DNA of 64,000 bases from an uncultured Lachnoanaerobaculum sp. (GTDB lineage: Bacteria; Bacillota; Clostridia; Lachnospirales; Lachnospiraceae). Where the stretch lies: NCBI GenBank assembly GCA_937925515.1, contig CALALP010000044.1, forward strand, positions 5,184-69,183, given 5' to 3'. The position numbers and the translations under genes are program-made. How positions within the stretch are numbered: the first letter of the stretch is position 1; the number at the start of each line of letters is the position of its first letter. Below the pieces are notes generated by a model. That model saw only the letters and a program-made list of their open reading frames with translations. It was not told the origin of the DNA and ran no database searches. This document shows positions 48,748 to 58,225 of this stretch, piece by piece.

Positions 48748-49728
48748 CTAACTTTTGCCTCTACTTCTCTTTTTTCTTTCTACTATATTTTCAGCCTCTT
48801 CATTATCCGATGTAAAGACTTTTATCTGCACATCAGGTGCTTTTACTGCTATCTTAGGAACTGCTTTTACATAATAATAGTAATCATCATCTTCAAACTG
48901 TGTATACTCAGTTCCTGAATAGTCCACTGAAAACACAAAAAATATGTACACAATAGTAATTAATCCTGATATAAACACTCCTACTAAAAGTTCCATAATA
49001 GGCATATTTACATCAAAAACATACTCCCCGATAAATATTGCTATAAAAAGACTTATTACTCCTGCTCCCACTGCAATATACCATGAATAGTCAATAGATA
49101 AATTATGTACAAAAAATACTACTAATAAAGTAATTGCAAATGCTATAACAAGTACTAACATGGTTTTATTTGAAAATGAGGCATTTATAATTTGAAAATA
49201 TTTTTGAGGAATCTCAAGCATATTCTTGGTGGTAATTGAATTTATATTTAAATGAATATATGATATTAAATAATAAATTATTACACCACAACTAAGAGGT
49301 ATTATAGAAATAATTCCACCACCAAGACCTAAAAGTAGTGGAACTACATAAGGTATTTTAAGATGAAAACAAATAGGAACTAAAACTAATATATAACTGT
49401 CCTTAGGTTGAAAACCATAATAAAGTAAAGCTATAATTACAATGATAGCAGCTATAAGTACAGCTACCTCTATTGAAACACTGGCTACATGAACTAACAT
49501 AAATAAAGCTAGTATTAAGGTCATTGCTGAATAGGGCAAGAATGCACATACAATACCTATTATAAAAGCAACTGCCGGAGTAGCCAACTCCTCCATATAT
49601 CCCAACTGTCCATTTAAAAACAAAGCTGCCATAAATGCAATAATAAACTTAACGGCTGAATTTATAAAAAACGCATATTTTCCATAAAATGAACGTAGAT
49701 TATCCTTTAATACAAACAGCTTAAGCAT
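48748..49728 (-). CDS. Polytopic membrane protein, unknown function, translationally coupled to upstream small membrane protein
   Basis: About 326 aa counted from MLKLFVL, 8-nt overlap with the stop of the ORF 49721..50152; multi-TM. Confidence 0.3.
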   Translation of the reverse strand: MLKLFVLKDNLRSFYGKYAFFINSAVKFIIAFMAALFLNGQLGYMEELATPAVAFIIGIVCAFLPYSAMTLILALFMLVHVASVSIEVAVLIAAIIVIIALLYYGFQPKDSYILVLVPICFHLKIPYVVPLLLGLGGGIISIIPLSCGVIIYYLISYIHLNINSITTKNMLEIPQKYFQIINASFSNKTMLVLVIAFAITLLVVFFVHNLSIDYSWYIAVGAGVISLFIAIFIGEYVFDVNMPIMELLVGVFISGLITIVYIFFVFSVDYSGTEYTQFEDDDYYYYVKAVPKIAVKAPDVQIKVFTSDNEEAENIVERKKRSRGKS

Positions 49729-50152
49729 TTTCCATTTCCTCCCTAGAAAGTTCCTTAGTCTTGTTTTGAAATTCATATCTTTTTTGAAGTCTACGAAGTT
49801 TTGAAACATAAATACCCTGTGCATCTTTTGATGCATCATATCTTCTATTCCAAATAATCCAAGTAATTATCTCATAAACAAAAAGACCTATTAAGTAATA
49901 AATCATATATTGCTTAAATACTTCTATAAAATCGGTTATTTTTACAACTCTTGCCATATCGCCCATAACATAAATCATATATAAAAGTATTGCAAGCGAA
50001 TATGCAACTGTATATTTAAAAACTCCAATAACCATATATTTTCCTATATAATCCCCTTTGAAATAATCTTCTGCATTTGAAACTTTCTTTTTCTGCTTTT
50101 TTTCATAGAAAGATATTTCAGTCATAAGTTTTATTTTATCTTCATTTAACAT
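49721..50152 (-). CDS. Small membrane protein, unknown function
   Basis: 143 aa with two TM helices and basic termini. Confidence 0.3.
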   Translation of the reverse strand: MLNEDKIKLMTEISFYEKKQKKKVSNAEDYFKGDYIGKYMVIGVFKYTVAYSLAILLYMIYVMGDMARVVKITDFIEVFKQYMIYYLIGLFVYEIITWIIWNRRYDASKDAQGIYVSKLRRLQKRYEFQNKTKELSREEMENA

Positions 50153-50293
50153 AAGTACCTCATCTTTTACGAACCTGATAATGACTTATTATATCATAAA
50201 GAAAAGTTCTATGCAATTTTCATAATAATTTTCTTTAAGCTAAAAAAAACAGCTACTCATTTTATAATGATTATTGCTGTTTTTTTTAATATT

Positions 50294-51511
50294 TTATTCA
50301 AATCTAAGTGCCTCAATAGGGTCTTTTGATGCAGCTTTTCTTGCAGGATATAATCCGAAAAACAATCCGACAAATGCTGAAAAGCTTACTGCTATAATGA
50401 CACTTTCAGGCTTTATAACTACTGCAGTCTTAGTAATAATACCGACTATACTTACAATAGTTATTGCTAAAAGAGTACCGATAAGTCCTCCAACTCCTGA
50501 AAGGGCGGCAGATTCTATAAGAAATTGTTGCAATATATCTCCGGTAGTTGCTCCAAGTGCCTTTCTAATTCCTATTTCTTTTGTTCTTTCAGTAACTGAA
50601 ACTAACATTATATTCATAATTCCAATTCCACCAACTACTAAAGAAATACCTGCGATTGAACCAAGCACCAGTGAAAGTGTTCTCAAAAGTCCGTCTAACT
50701 GTCTAAACTGATCTTGTGCAGTTTGGAAGAAATAATCATTTTCTCCTCTATTTTTAAGACGAAGTATATAAGTTTTAAGTTCACTTGCAAATGCCTGTAT
50801 TTGAGGTTCAGTCATTTTAGGATTTGCAAATAATCTAATCGCAGAAACCCCATTATGTGATGCCTTAAACAATGACAATGGAATATAAATTGTTCCTGTT
50901 TCTCCTGTTTGCCCCATAAGTGCCTTTTGTAATGGAGAAACATTCTCTTTGTAAATACCTACTATTGTAAATTCCTTACTTTCACCATTTAATACAGCTC
51001 TAAATGTTCTACCGACAGCATTTTCATTTCCAAAAAATTTCTTTGCATCTTCCTGTCTTAAAACTGCAACAGTTGAACTATTTTGTACATCAGCTTGTGA
51101 AAGAAATTTTCCATGTACCATACTTATTGTAGGCTGCAAACTTGCATATTTATAGTCTACTCCATTAAATAAAACTTTTTTTGTTTTAAGTGTAGTCTTC
51201 ATCTCCAGTGTAGCAGCATCTAAATAATCTACATAAGCTAACTTATTTGGAAACGCCTCATAAAGCTTTTCTACATCATCAGAAGTAAAAAGATCACTAT
51301 CTCTTGCTTCTTCCATAGCCATACTTACATACATCTGACTAAGACCAACACTTGAAAATAAGTCGGCAAACATCTTTCTAACACTATCTCCCAAAGCTGA
51401 AACCATTATTACAGCACCTATTCCAATGATGATACCAAGCATTGTAAGAAATGACCTCATCTTATTTGAGTAAAGTGAGGAAAGAGCCATTTTTATATTT
51501 TCGCCTATCAT
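50294..51511 (-). CDS. ABC transporter permease, MacB/FtsX-like
   Basis: N-terminal TM, large periplasmic domain, C-terminal FtsX 3-TM bundle; overlaps the ATPase gene by 4 nt. Confidence 0.8.
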   Translation of the reverse strand: MIGENIKMALSSLYSNKMRSFLTMLGIIIGIGAVIMVSALGDSVRKMFADLFSSVGLSQMYVSMAMEEARDSDLFTSDDVEKLYEAFPNKLAYVDYLDAATLEMKTTLKTKKVLFNGVDYKYASLQPTISMVHGKFLSQADVQNSSTVAVLRQEDAKKFFGNENAVGRTFRAVLNGESKEFTIVGIYKENVSPLQKALMGQTGETGTIYIPLSLFKASHNGVSAIRLFANPKMTEPQIQAFASELKTYILRLKNRGENDYFFQTAQDQFRQLDGLLRTLSLVLGSIAGISLVVGGIGIMNIMLVSVTERTKEIGIRKALGATTGDILQQFLIESAALSGVGGLIGTLLAITIVSIVGIITKTAVVIKPESVIIAVSFSAFVGLFFGLYPARKAASKDPIEALRFE

Positions 51512-52332
51512 AGACTACCTCCTATTGGTGTAGGATTTTCATTAATTTTATCTGAAATAAGCATTCCGTCACTAAAAGTTAATATTCTATGTGTGTATTC
51601 TGCTATATTATCTTCATGTGTAACCACTACAACCGTATTACCTTGTTGATTTAACTTTGCAAATAATTCCATAATATCTATTGAAGATTTTGAGTCCAAG
51701 TTTCCGGTAGGCTCATCGGCAAGTATTAGAGGTGGTCTATTGGTAAGTGCTCTTGCTATTGCCACTCTTTGCCTTTGACCTCCTGAAAGCTCATTTGGTT
51801 CATGTTCGGTCCTGGAAGATAAGCCAACCATTTCAAGTAATTCCAATGCTCTTTCTCTCCTTTTTGCAGGTGCAACCTTTGCATAAGTCATAGGAATTTC
51901 TACATTTCTTAATACACTCATTCTACTTATAAGATTAAATGACTGAAACACAAATCCTAATTTTTGATTACGAATTTTACTTAATTCATTATCACTCATC
52001 TGTGCAACATCAACTCCATCCAAATAATAACTTCCTAAGGTAGGTCTATCAAGACAACCTAAAATATTTAAAAGAGTAGATTTTCCTGAACCGGAGTGTC
52101 CCATTATAGCTACAAATTCTCCCTGTCTTATAGTAGCATTTATCTTATTTAGTCCAAGAACTTTTAATGCACCTGTATCATATATCTTAACTAGATTTTC
52201 AAGTCTTATAATTTCTTTTTTATCATCATTATTAATACTTCTATTTATGGGCTTTTCAAATTCTTTAGCTAAATTACCCTCTATATTTTCTATTAATTCA
52301 TTTTCTGTATTACTAATTTTCTCACTTGTCAT
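51508..52332 (-). CDS. ABC transporter ATP-binding protein (MacB/LolD-like)
   Basis: Walker A GHSGSGKST, signature LSGGQRQR, Walker B ILADEPT. Confidence 0.9.
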   Translation of the reverse strand: MTSEKISNTENELIENIEGNLAKEFEKPINRSINNDDKKEIIRLENLVKIYDTGALKVLGLNKINATIRQGEFVAIMGHSGSGKSTLLNILGCLDRPTLGSYYLDGVDVAQMSDNELSKIRNQKLGFVFQSFNLISRMSVLRNVEIPMTYAKVAPAKRRERALELLEMVGLSSRTEHEPNELSGGQRQRVAIARALTNRPPLILADEPTGNLDSKSSIDIMELFAKLNQQGNTVVVVTHEDNIAEYTHRILTFSDGMLISDKINENPTPIGGSL

Positions 52333-52340
52333 ATTACCAC

Positions 52341-53735
52341 CTATTTAACAGGAACAACAATAGCCTTGTCAGGAGAAACAACACTTTCAACTACTTCGTC
52401 TTCACTTACAGAAGTCATTACAGTTTGTCCCTCTGTCAAGCTGGAATCATAAGAAGTTACAAACTTAACATTAGACTCATCTATACCCTCAGGAATACTT
52501 TTTAACTGAGTCATTGTACTGTTTTCAATTCCTGTTTCTACCGGCTTTATAGTAACTTTCTCTGTTCCGTCAGGATTTTTAACAATAAATTGCATAATTC
52601 TATTACCTGTGCCGTCATCTCCTATTGCAGATAAAGGTACTAAGTAAGTATCTTTTGCACTGTTAATTAAAATATTTGCTTTTGCTGTAATTCCTGAAAT
52701 AAGTTTTGTATCCTTATCTAATATTTTTACCTTTACAGGAATAACTCTTTCTCCACTGCCACCCTCTTTATTTTGACCGGTAGGGCTTATTGATATAATT
52801 TCACCTTTTACAGACTTACCCTCTCCAAGTATATCAGCAGTTATTGTAACAGGTAAACCAACAGAAATCTTTCCTATATTAAACTCACTTACTAAAAGTT
52901 TCATTTGAAGTTCGTCTAAATTCTCAATAGTTATAAGTGGACTTTTATCTTCTACTGTATCAGCAAACTGTCCAACTTTAGTATTTACTCTTGTTACAGT
53001 ACCTGTAATTGGTGCTATAAGAGTTGTATTTTTCATCTGATCAGTTAAGCTGTCAACTTCTCTTTTTGAATTAGCTATATCAATGTCATAGCTTGAGTCT
53101 GCTGAAACTTTCCCATTTTTTACATTAAATGCAGATACTGCTATTTGTGCATTTTTTAATGTAGCCTGTGCCTGATCTAAATCAGTTTGAGGTGCAGCAC
53201 CATTTGCCACAAGTTCTGCAACACGATTATAATTCTTTTGTGCTGCCTCAAGTTCAGCCGCCGCCTTTGCATAAGAATTTCTATCATTCTTTATTTTCTC
53301 GGATTTTTGAGCAACCTTTAAATCATAGTTACCTTTAGCATTATCAATATTTTTTTGAATAGTTTCAGGATCTATCTTTGCAAGAACTGTTACACCTTTT
53401 TCAACCCTATCTCCCTCTTTTACAAGAAGTTCTGTAATTTTAGCATGTAGTCCTGATGTAATGTCTACACTGTCAGTTCCCTCAATAGGACCATTGACTG
53501 TAAGTGTTTCATCAATGTCGCCCTTAGTAATCTTTGATGCCTCCACCATTGGGGCTTTTGGACCTTTTGGCATTAAGAAATTTGAATAAGCAAAATACCC
53601 GGCAACTCCTAAAACTAAAACTCCAAGTATTATAAAGCCTTTCTTTTTTGATTTTTTCTTAGCAGGTTTTATAGACTGGGTAGAATTAAGCATAGAATTA
53701 ATTTGACTATCCAAATTTTTGTTATCGTTATTCAT
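52341..53735 (-). CDS. Efflux periplasmic adaptor (HlyD/MFP family)
   Basis: N-terminal TM, coiled-coil hairpin, beta-barrel domain; upstream of the MacB-like pair. Confidence 0.75.
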   Translation of the reverse strand: MNNDNKNLDSQINSMLNSTQSIKPAKKKSKKKGFIILGVLVLGVAGYFAYSNFLMPKGPKAPMVEASKITKGDIDETLTVNGPIEGTDSVDITSGLHAKITELLVKEGDRVEKGVTVLAKIDPETIQKNIDNAKGNYDLKVAQKSEKIKNDRNSYAKAAAELEAAQKNYNRVAELVANGAAPQTDLDQAQATLKNAQIAVSAFNVKNGKVSADSSYDIDIANSKREVDSLTDQMKNTTLIAPITGTVTRVNTKVGQFADTVEDKSPLITIENLDELQMKLLVSEFNIGKISVGLPVTITADILGEGKSVKGEIISISPTGQNKEGGSGERVIPVKVKILDKDTKLISGITAKANILINSAKDTYLVPLSAIGDDGTGNRIMQFIVKNPDGTEKVTIKPVETGIENSTMTQLKSIPEGIDESNVKFVTSYDSSLTEGQTVMTSVSEDEVVESVVSPDKAIVVPVK

Positions 53736-54028
53736 AAATGACCTCCATAATAAAGTGTTATCTCATACTTAAGTTATCTCAAATACGCAAATGTATCCTT
53801 TTTAACTTAACTTTTGTAAAATTCTAATTGTTTTCAGACTTAAGTTTTGAATCGAACACTATTTTCTTTTACGATAATACTACATGCTAAAACCAAACTC
53901 AATAAAATCTTTTCTAAAGAGTTTCTAAATGTAATATAGGTTAGAGCTAAAATGACTTTAGAAATAATTTTAGTTTTAATACTAATTGTGTTATACTGTT
54001 GAAAATGTTTGTTTTAGAAAGGCAAAAA

Positions 54029-54457
54029 ATGAAAATATTAATTATAAATGGAGCTAATCTAAATTTTTTAGGCTTGCGAGATACTTCTCAGTATGGTAAG
54101 AATACTTATACTGATTTAATAGATAGGTTAAGAGATTATTCTAAGAAAAGAAATTTTGAAATAGAGTTTTTTCAGAGTAATGCTGAGGGCGAGATTATAG
54201 ATAGACTTCAAAGGGCTTATTATGAAAATGTATCAGGGATAGTCATTAATCCGGCAGCATTTACACATTATTCCTATGCTATAAGAGATACCCTTGAAAT
54301 TTTAACTTGCAAAAAAGTAGAAGTTCATATTTCAAACATATACAAAAGAGAGAAATTTAGGCAAACTTCAGTAACTGCCCCTGTATGCGACGGTCAGATT
54401 TCAGGGCTTGGAATAAGGGGATATGAACTTGCAATAGAGTTTATATTAAGTTCTTAG
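54029..54457 (+). CDS. aroQ: Type II 3-dehydroquinate dehydratase
   Basis: MKILIINGANLNFLG...; start moved to 54029 (AGAAAGG RBS); ~143 aa. Confidence 0.85.
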   Translation: MKILIINGANLNFLGLRDTSQYGKNTYTDLIDRLRDYSKKRNFEIEFFQSNAEGEIIDRLQRAYYENVSGIVINPAAFTHYSYAIRDTLEILTCKKVEVHISNIYKREKFRQTSVTAPVCDGQISGLGIRGYELAIEFILSS

Positions 54458-54522
54458 GCTTTTTTTAATAGGTGTTGTAAATAGATTTCCAAATATAAAG
54501 TTACATATCACTATTTAATTAT

Positions 54523-54556
54523 GGGGTTTTCCTCGCCGTCGGCGAGTAAAACCCCC
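54523..54556. repeat. GC-rich palindrome, copy 2 of TCCTCGCCG-NN-GGCGAGGA family
   Basis: GGGGTTTTCCTCGCCG-TC-GGCGAGTAAAACCCC (one mismatch); between convergent genes. Confidence 0.7.
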
Positions 54557-54598
54557 TATAAAAAAGTCCTTAAATTAGCAAATATAATTTTCTCTGTT

Positions 54599-55465
54599 TC
54601 ATATACTTTCAAGAGCCTTATCTATAATCTTTTCTTTTCTGTTTTTAATCATAGTTTTTAAAAATGTTTTATGCAGTGAAGTTATATATGGCGTATTCTC
54701 GATTATCTCATCAACTTTCTTTAAATCAATTCTACTTCCTATTTTTTTTAAAGCCTCTAAACATTTCGGAATTTTTGTTGTAGTAAGAAACTTAAAGTAA
54801 TTAATTTTTTTATCATTTTCTTTTATTGCCGAATTTGGAAACACATATATACGCTCATCAATTTCCTTTTCAGAAGATAAAACTTTCTCCATTCCTTTTT
54901 CATCTAACTGAGGATACAAACAAGAACCACAATCGTATACAGGAGCTAATTTTACTTTTCCCTCATTCTCATTTACTAAAAAACCCCAATTTCCATTATG
55001 TCTATCAAAATTTCCAAGTAGACTATCTCCAATAAACATATCCCAAAAAAAAGTTTCTAATTTTTCCGGTGGTACTATTTGTTGTTCTGTTATTGTAGAA
55101 AGAATTTCCTCAAGCTCTGTACCATAGCCGTTCCTTGAGCTTTCTATAATTGTGTTTTTCAAAGAGGCAAAGTCTTTAAGTACGTATCCACCAACAGCAA
55201 AATCTTTGCAAGCAACTGCTATCTTATCACCATACACTCCTAATATTGTTTTTTGTGTTTCTATTCCTAGGCTACTGAAAATATTACAAGCAACATATTC
55301 ACTTATACAACTATTTGTATAGCTTAATATTTCATTTTTAATTGTCTTAGGTGGAAACTTTAACATATAATTTTCGCCATTATAAATAATTCCTATCTTA
55401 TTCCCATTTGCACCACCATATAAACGAAACTTATTTATTTTTAATTTTGTAAAATCAATATTCAT
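54599..55465 (-). CDS. Short HipA_C/CtkA-like serine/threonine kinase
   Basis: Catalytic-loop-like LLGNFDRHNGNWGF (D-x-H-x-x-N; compare HipA TDGHAKN) and Mg-binding-like KLAPVYDCGS (compare HipA LAPLYDIAS). 288 aa, lacks the HipA N-subdomain. Confidence 0.55.
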   Translation of the reverse strand: MNIDFTKLKINKFRLYGGANGNKIGIIYNGENYMLKFPPKTIKNEILSYTNSCISEYVACNIFSSLGIETQKTILGVYGDKIAVACKDFAVGGYVLKDFASLKNTIIESSRNGYGTELEEILSTITEQQIVPPEKLETFFWDMFIGDSLLGNFDRHNGNWGFLVNENEGKVKLAPVYDCGSCLYPQLDEKGMEKVLSSEKEIDERIYVFPNSAIKENDKKINYFKFLTTTKIPKCLEALKKIGSRIDLKKVDEIIENTPYITSLHKTFLKTMIKNRKEKIIDKALESI

Positions 55466-55472
55466 AGCCCAC

Positions 55473-55679
55473 CTATAACCCTAAATACTTACGTCTAAGG
55501 TACTTTGCCTGTTCCTCTGTTATCTCTTTGCCATACATTGCCGTGTTTATAGAACCGTAGACTTCGCCCCATAAACAATCAAGTACAGAGGAATTTTCCT
55601 TTTCTCCCTTTACATAAGCCTCTATATCATCTCGTAAAAATCTTGGTAAATCAATTTCCATTAATTCATCTTCACTCAT
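55473..55679 (-). CDS. Small helical protein upstream of the HipA-like kinase (candidate antitoxin/HipS-like partner)
   Basis: 68 aa from ATG 55679 (MSEDELMEIDLP...), with strong AAGGAGG RBS 8 nt upstream; 7 nt before the kinase gene. Confidence 0.35.
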   Translation of the reverse strand: MSEDELMEIDLPRFLRDDIEAYVKGEKENSSVLDCLWGEVYGSINTAMYGKEITEEQAKYLRRKYLGL

Positions 55680-55698
55680 AATCAAATCCCTCCTTAAC

Positions 55699-56739
55699 TT
55701 AGTAGTGCCATACATTTTGAGTATTTACTATTTTTTCAACTAACTTTTCTGCATTTTCACTTAAAAAATACTTATAAGTAGACTTTGGTACAAGTTTTTT
55801 CAATTTATCAAAATCCCTATTTTTTATACATTCCCTTGCAAAGGACGCACTTACCATAAAGCCCTCTACCTGCTTTCTAGGTATAATTTTACAATTTAAA
55901 TTTTCTGATATAACCTTATTGTAAATGTTGGTTACCTTACTAAACGGCTCATCTCCCAAGTATCTACATTCAATATTTAAATATTCACTCACTTTCTTAA
56001 AAATCTTAGTATCCAAAGCTGCCTGTGTATATATAACCTTTTCAGTGTCCTTTAGAAAATAACTCGGAAATGTAGCACTACTTACAATATAATTATCAGT
56101 ATCATGATAAATAATATTTTGTAAATGCCTTGTTCCCTCTATTACAAGCTTTTTTCTTACCTCAAAAGGAATAATACTTATATCTTCTTTCACAATAAAA
56201 AGATGTAATAAATCATTGTTTTGTATTGCCTGTTCCACTAAATACAAATGTCCCAAAGTAAATGGGTTTGCGTTCATTATTATAGCATTAGAATACTCAT
56301 CTTTTTTTATTTTTTTCTGCTCGTTTGTTTCTTGTTTTAACTTCTCAAGATAAGAACTAAAGCCATTTTTTTTATTTTCAAGAAAAACTAAATCATCTCC
56401 CACTCTAGCAATTTCATAAAAACCTAAGTCCTCAAAAAATTTAGAAGTGTTTACTTTTGTATATATAAATAAATGTAAATTGCCTCTATTAAACTGATAT
56501 TCTATAAGATGAGAAATCAACAAATTGAGTATGCCCTGTCCTTGATACTTACTGTCCACGGCAACACATCTAAGAGTGTTCCTAAAGCAACTCCCTGTTG
56601 CCATTATATTATAATCTTCATCACATACAGCACATATATAATCTAAATTGGAATCCCTTTCTAAGCCCTCTCTTTTTAATAACTCATCAACCTTTTTAAG
56701 TAATATTTTATCATTTAAACTTATTTCTGATATGAACAT
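55699..56739 (-). CDS. citC: [Citrate (pro-3S)-lyase] ligase CitC
   Basis: N-terminal GNAT-like domain plus C-terminal cytidylyltransferase-like domain with NANPFTLGHLYLVE (HxGH). Confidence 0.75.
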   Translation of the reverse strand: MFISEISLNDKILLKKVDELLKREGLERDSNLDYICAVCDEDYNIMATGSCFRNTLRCVAVDSKYQGQGILNLLISHLIEYQFNRGNLHLFIYTKVNTSKFFEDLGFYEIARVGDDLVFLENKKNGFSSYLEKLKQETNEQKKIKKDEYSNAIIMNANPFTLGHLYLVEQAIQNNDLLHLFIVKEDISIIPFEVRKKLVIEGTRHLQNIIYHDTDNYIVSSATFPSYFLKDTEKVIYTQAALDTKIFKKVSEYLNIECRYLGDEPFSKVTNIYNKVISENLNCKIIPRKQVEGFMVSASFARECIKNRDFDKLKKLVPKSTYKYFLSENAEKLVEKIVNTQNVWHY

Positions 56740-56757
56740 ATTCTCTCCACTAAGTTT

Positions 56758-58116
56758 TTAATCCTCTGAAATGAAATAAAGCATATAACACATTGCAAGT
56801 AAGTCGGCACTTCCCCCCGGAGAAAGCCCTCTATTAGTATATTCTATATCAAGTTCTTTTATAGTAGCCATACTTGGATATGGCTCTAGCTCAAGCATTT
56901 TTTTTAGCCTCTTTTTTTCATTAAGAAAGCTTTCATAATCACTTCTTTTTATCATATTTGTATCCATAGTGGCTGAAATGATATTGAGTAGTGCGATACA
57001 ACCTGCATCATTTAAAGACATTCCTCTTTTAATGCAACTTTCAAATTTAGGCATGCCATAATTTAAAACTGACAGATAGCCACCCTCTGCTTGCCCTCTT
57101 ACCCCACTTATACCATATTTTTTATATATTTTCTCTCCGAAAGTACCTTTTTTAACTTCATCACTTGAATTTTTAAGTTTATCTTCAAGTTCATTTTTCA
57201 CTATTCCCTTGGCTATTTTACTACATTCTTTTAATATAAGCTTAAAATCACTCCATTTTTCATATCCCAATCTACCACAAGCCCCACATAATAGACCAAG
57301 TGAAAAAATAGCTCCCTTATGTGTATTGACCCCTTTTGTGGCAGCAAACATTGTAAGCTCAGCCCTTTTTCCTAGTTTTTGAAGTTCTCTAAAAAACTCA
57401 TTATATTCCATATCTTTAAACTTAAGACTGAAACTTGCGGCTTCAAAAAAATAATTATATAATGACACTGAACTTGAAACAAATGTAAATATATCCATAT
57501 CACTATGACTTTTGCTGCTGTTTCTATCCACAAGCCCTACTTTAGGGGTGGCAAGTGCCTCAAATAGTAAAGCTCTTACTGCCTGACTTGCCAAATAATT
57601 AGCATCTATTTTTTGGAAACTTTCATTTAAAATTTGATTTGTTTTATCAACTAATTCAGACACACTATGTGTTCTTCTACCTGCACATTCCTTAGCGGCT
57701 CTATCACACATTAAACATTTTCTTAAGTGCTTTCTTTCAAGTTTATAGAAATGTGTATCTATCACATCAATATCATATAGTCTACTAAGTTCGTCATAGT
57801 CCTCTAGTTCTACACATATTTTTTTTATAATATTAGCGTCCTCATCTACAACAAAAAAAGCCTCATTTCCTGTAAAATCATTAGTAATTTCTTCATGTAA
57901 AATGTCTATCTTAGATATTTCCAACTTAAGCTTTAAAGTTTTAATGCCATGCTCAAAACCCCTTAAAATCAGTTTTGAGTTTTTTATCTCTCCTGCAATA
58001 TTCATTGTAAAGCTGATAAGTGGCTTATTATATTTACTTATAAGTTTACTTTGCTTTTCTACTCTTAAATCCCTAGCCCTCATCATATCTAATACACTAA
58101 CTTTCTTATTTTCCAT
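56758..58116 (-). CDS. citXG: Fused CitX (apo-citrate lyase phosphoribosyl-dephospho-CoA transferase) / CitG (triphosphoribosyl-dephospho-CoA synthase)
   Basis: 452 aa = CitX-size N-domain plus CitG-size C-domain; directly upstream of citC. Confidence 0.6.
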   Translation of the reverse strand: MENKKVSVLDMMRARDLRVEKQSKLISKYNKPLISFTMNIAGEIKNSKLILRGFEHGIKTLKLKLEISKIDILHEEITNDFTGNEAFFVVDEDANIIKKICVELEDYDELSRLYDIDVIDTHFYKLERKHLRKCLMCDRAAKECAGRRTHSVSELVDKTNQILNESFQKIDANYLASQAVRALLFEALATPKVGLVDRNSSKSHSDMDIFTFVSSSVSLYNYFFEAASFSLKFKDMEYNEFFRELQKLGKRAELTMFAATKGVNTHKGAIFSLGLLCGACGRLGYEKWSDFKLILKECSKIAKGIVKNELEDKLKNSSDEVKKGTFGEKIYKKYGISGVRGQAEGGYLSVLNYGMPKFESCIKRGMSLNDAGCIALLNIISATMDTNMIKRSDYESFLNEKKRLKKMLELEPYPSMATIKELDIEYTNRGLSPGGSADLLAMCYMLYFISED

Positions 58117-58225
58117 AATCTTTCCCTAAATGATTTGCTTAAGTTTTACTTACATAATTATTATACCATACCTTACATTATCTATGTTATAATAATTGAG
58201 CTATATCAATTCAATGGAGGACTAT

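Noticed and set aside
53760-53998. 240-bp gap between the efflux adaptor gene and aroQ examined for small RNA or riboswitch
   Set aside because: It is AT-rich with no conserved structure evident, and the divergent genes (efflux-adaptor gene on the minus strand, aroQ on the plus) make it most simply a divergent promoter region.
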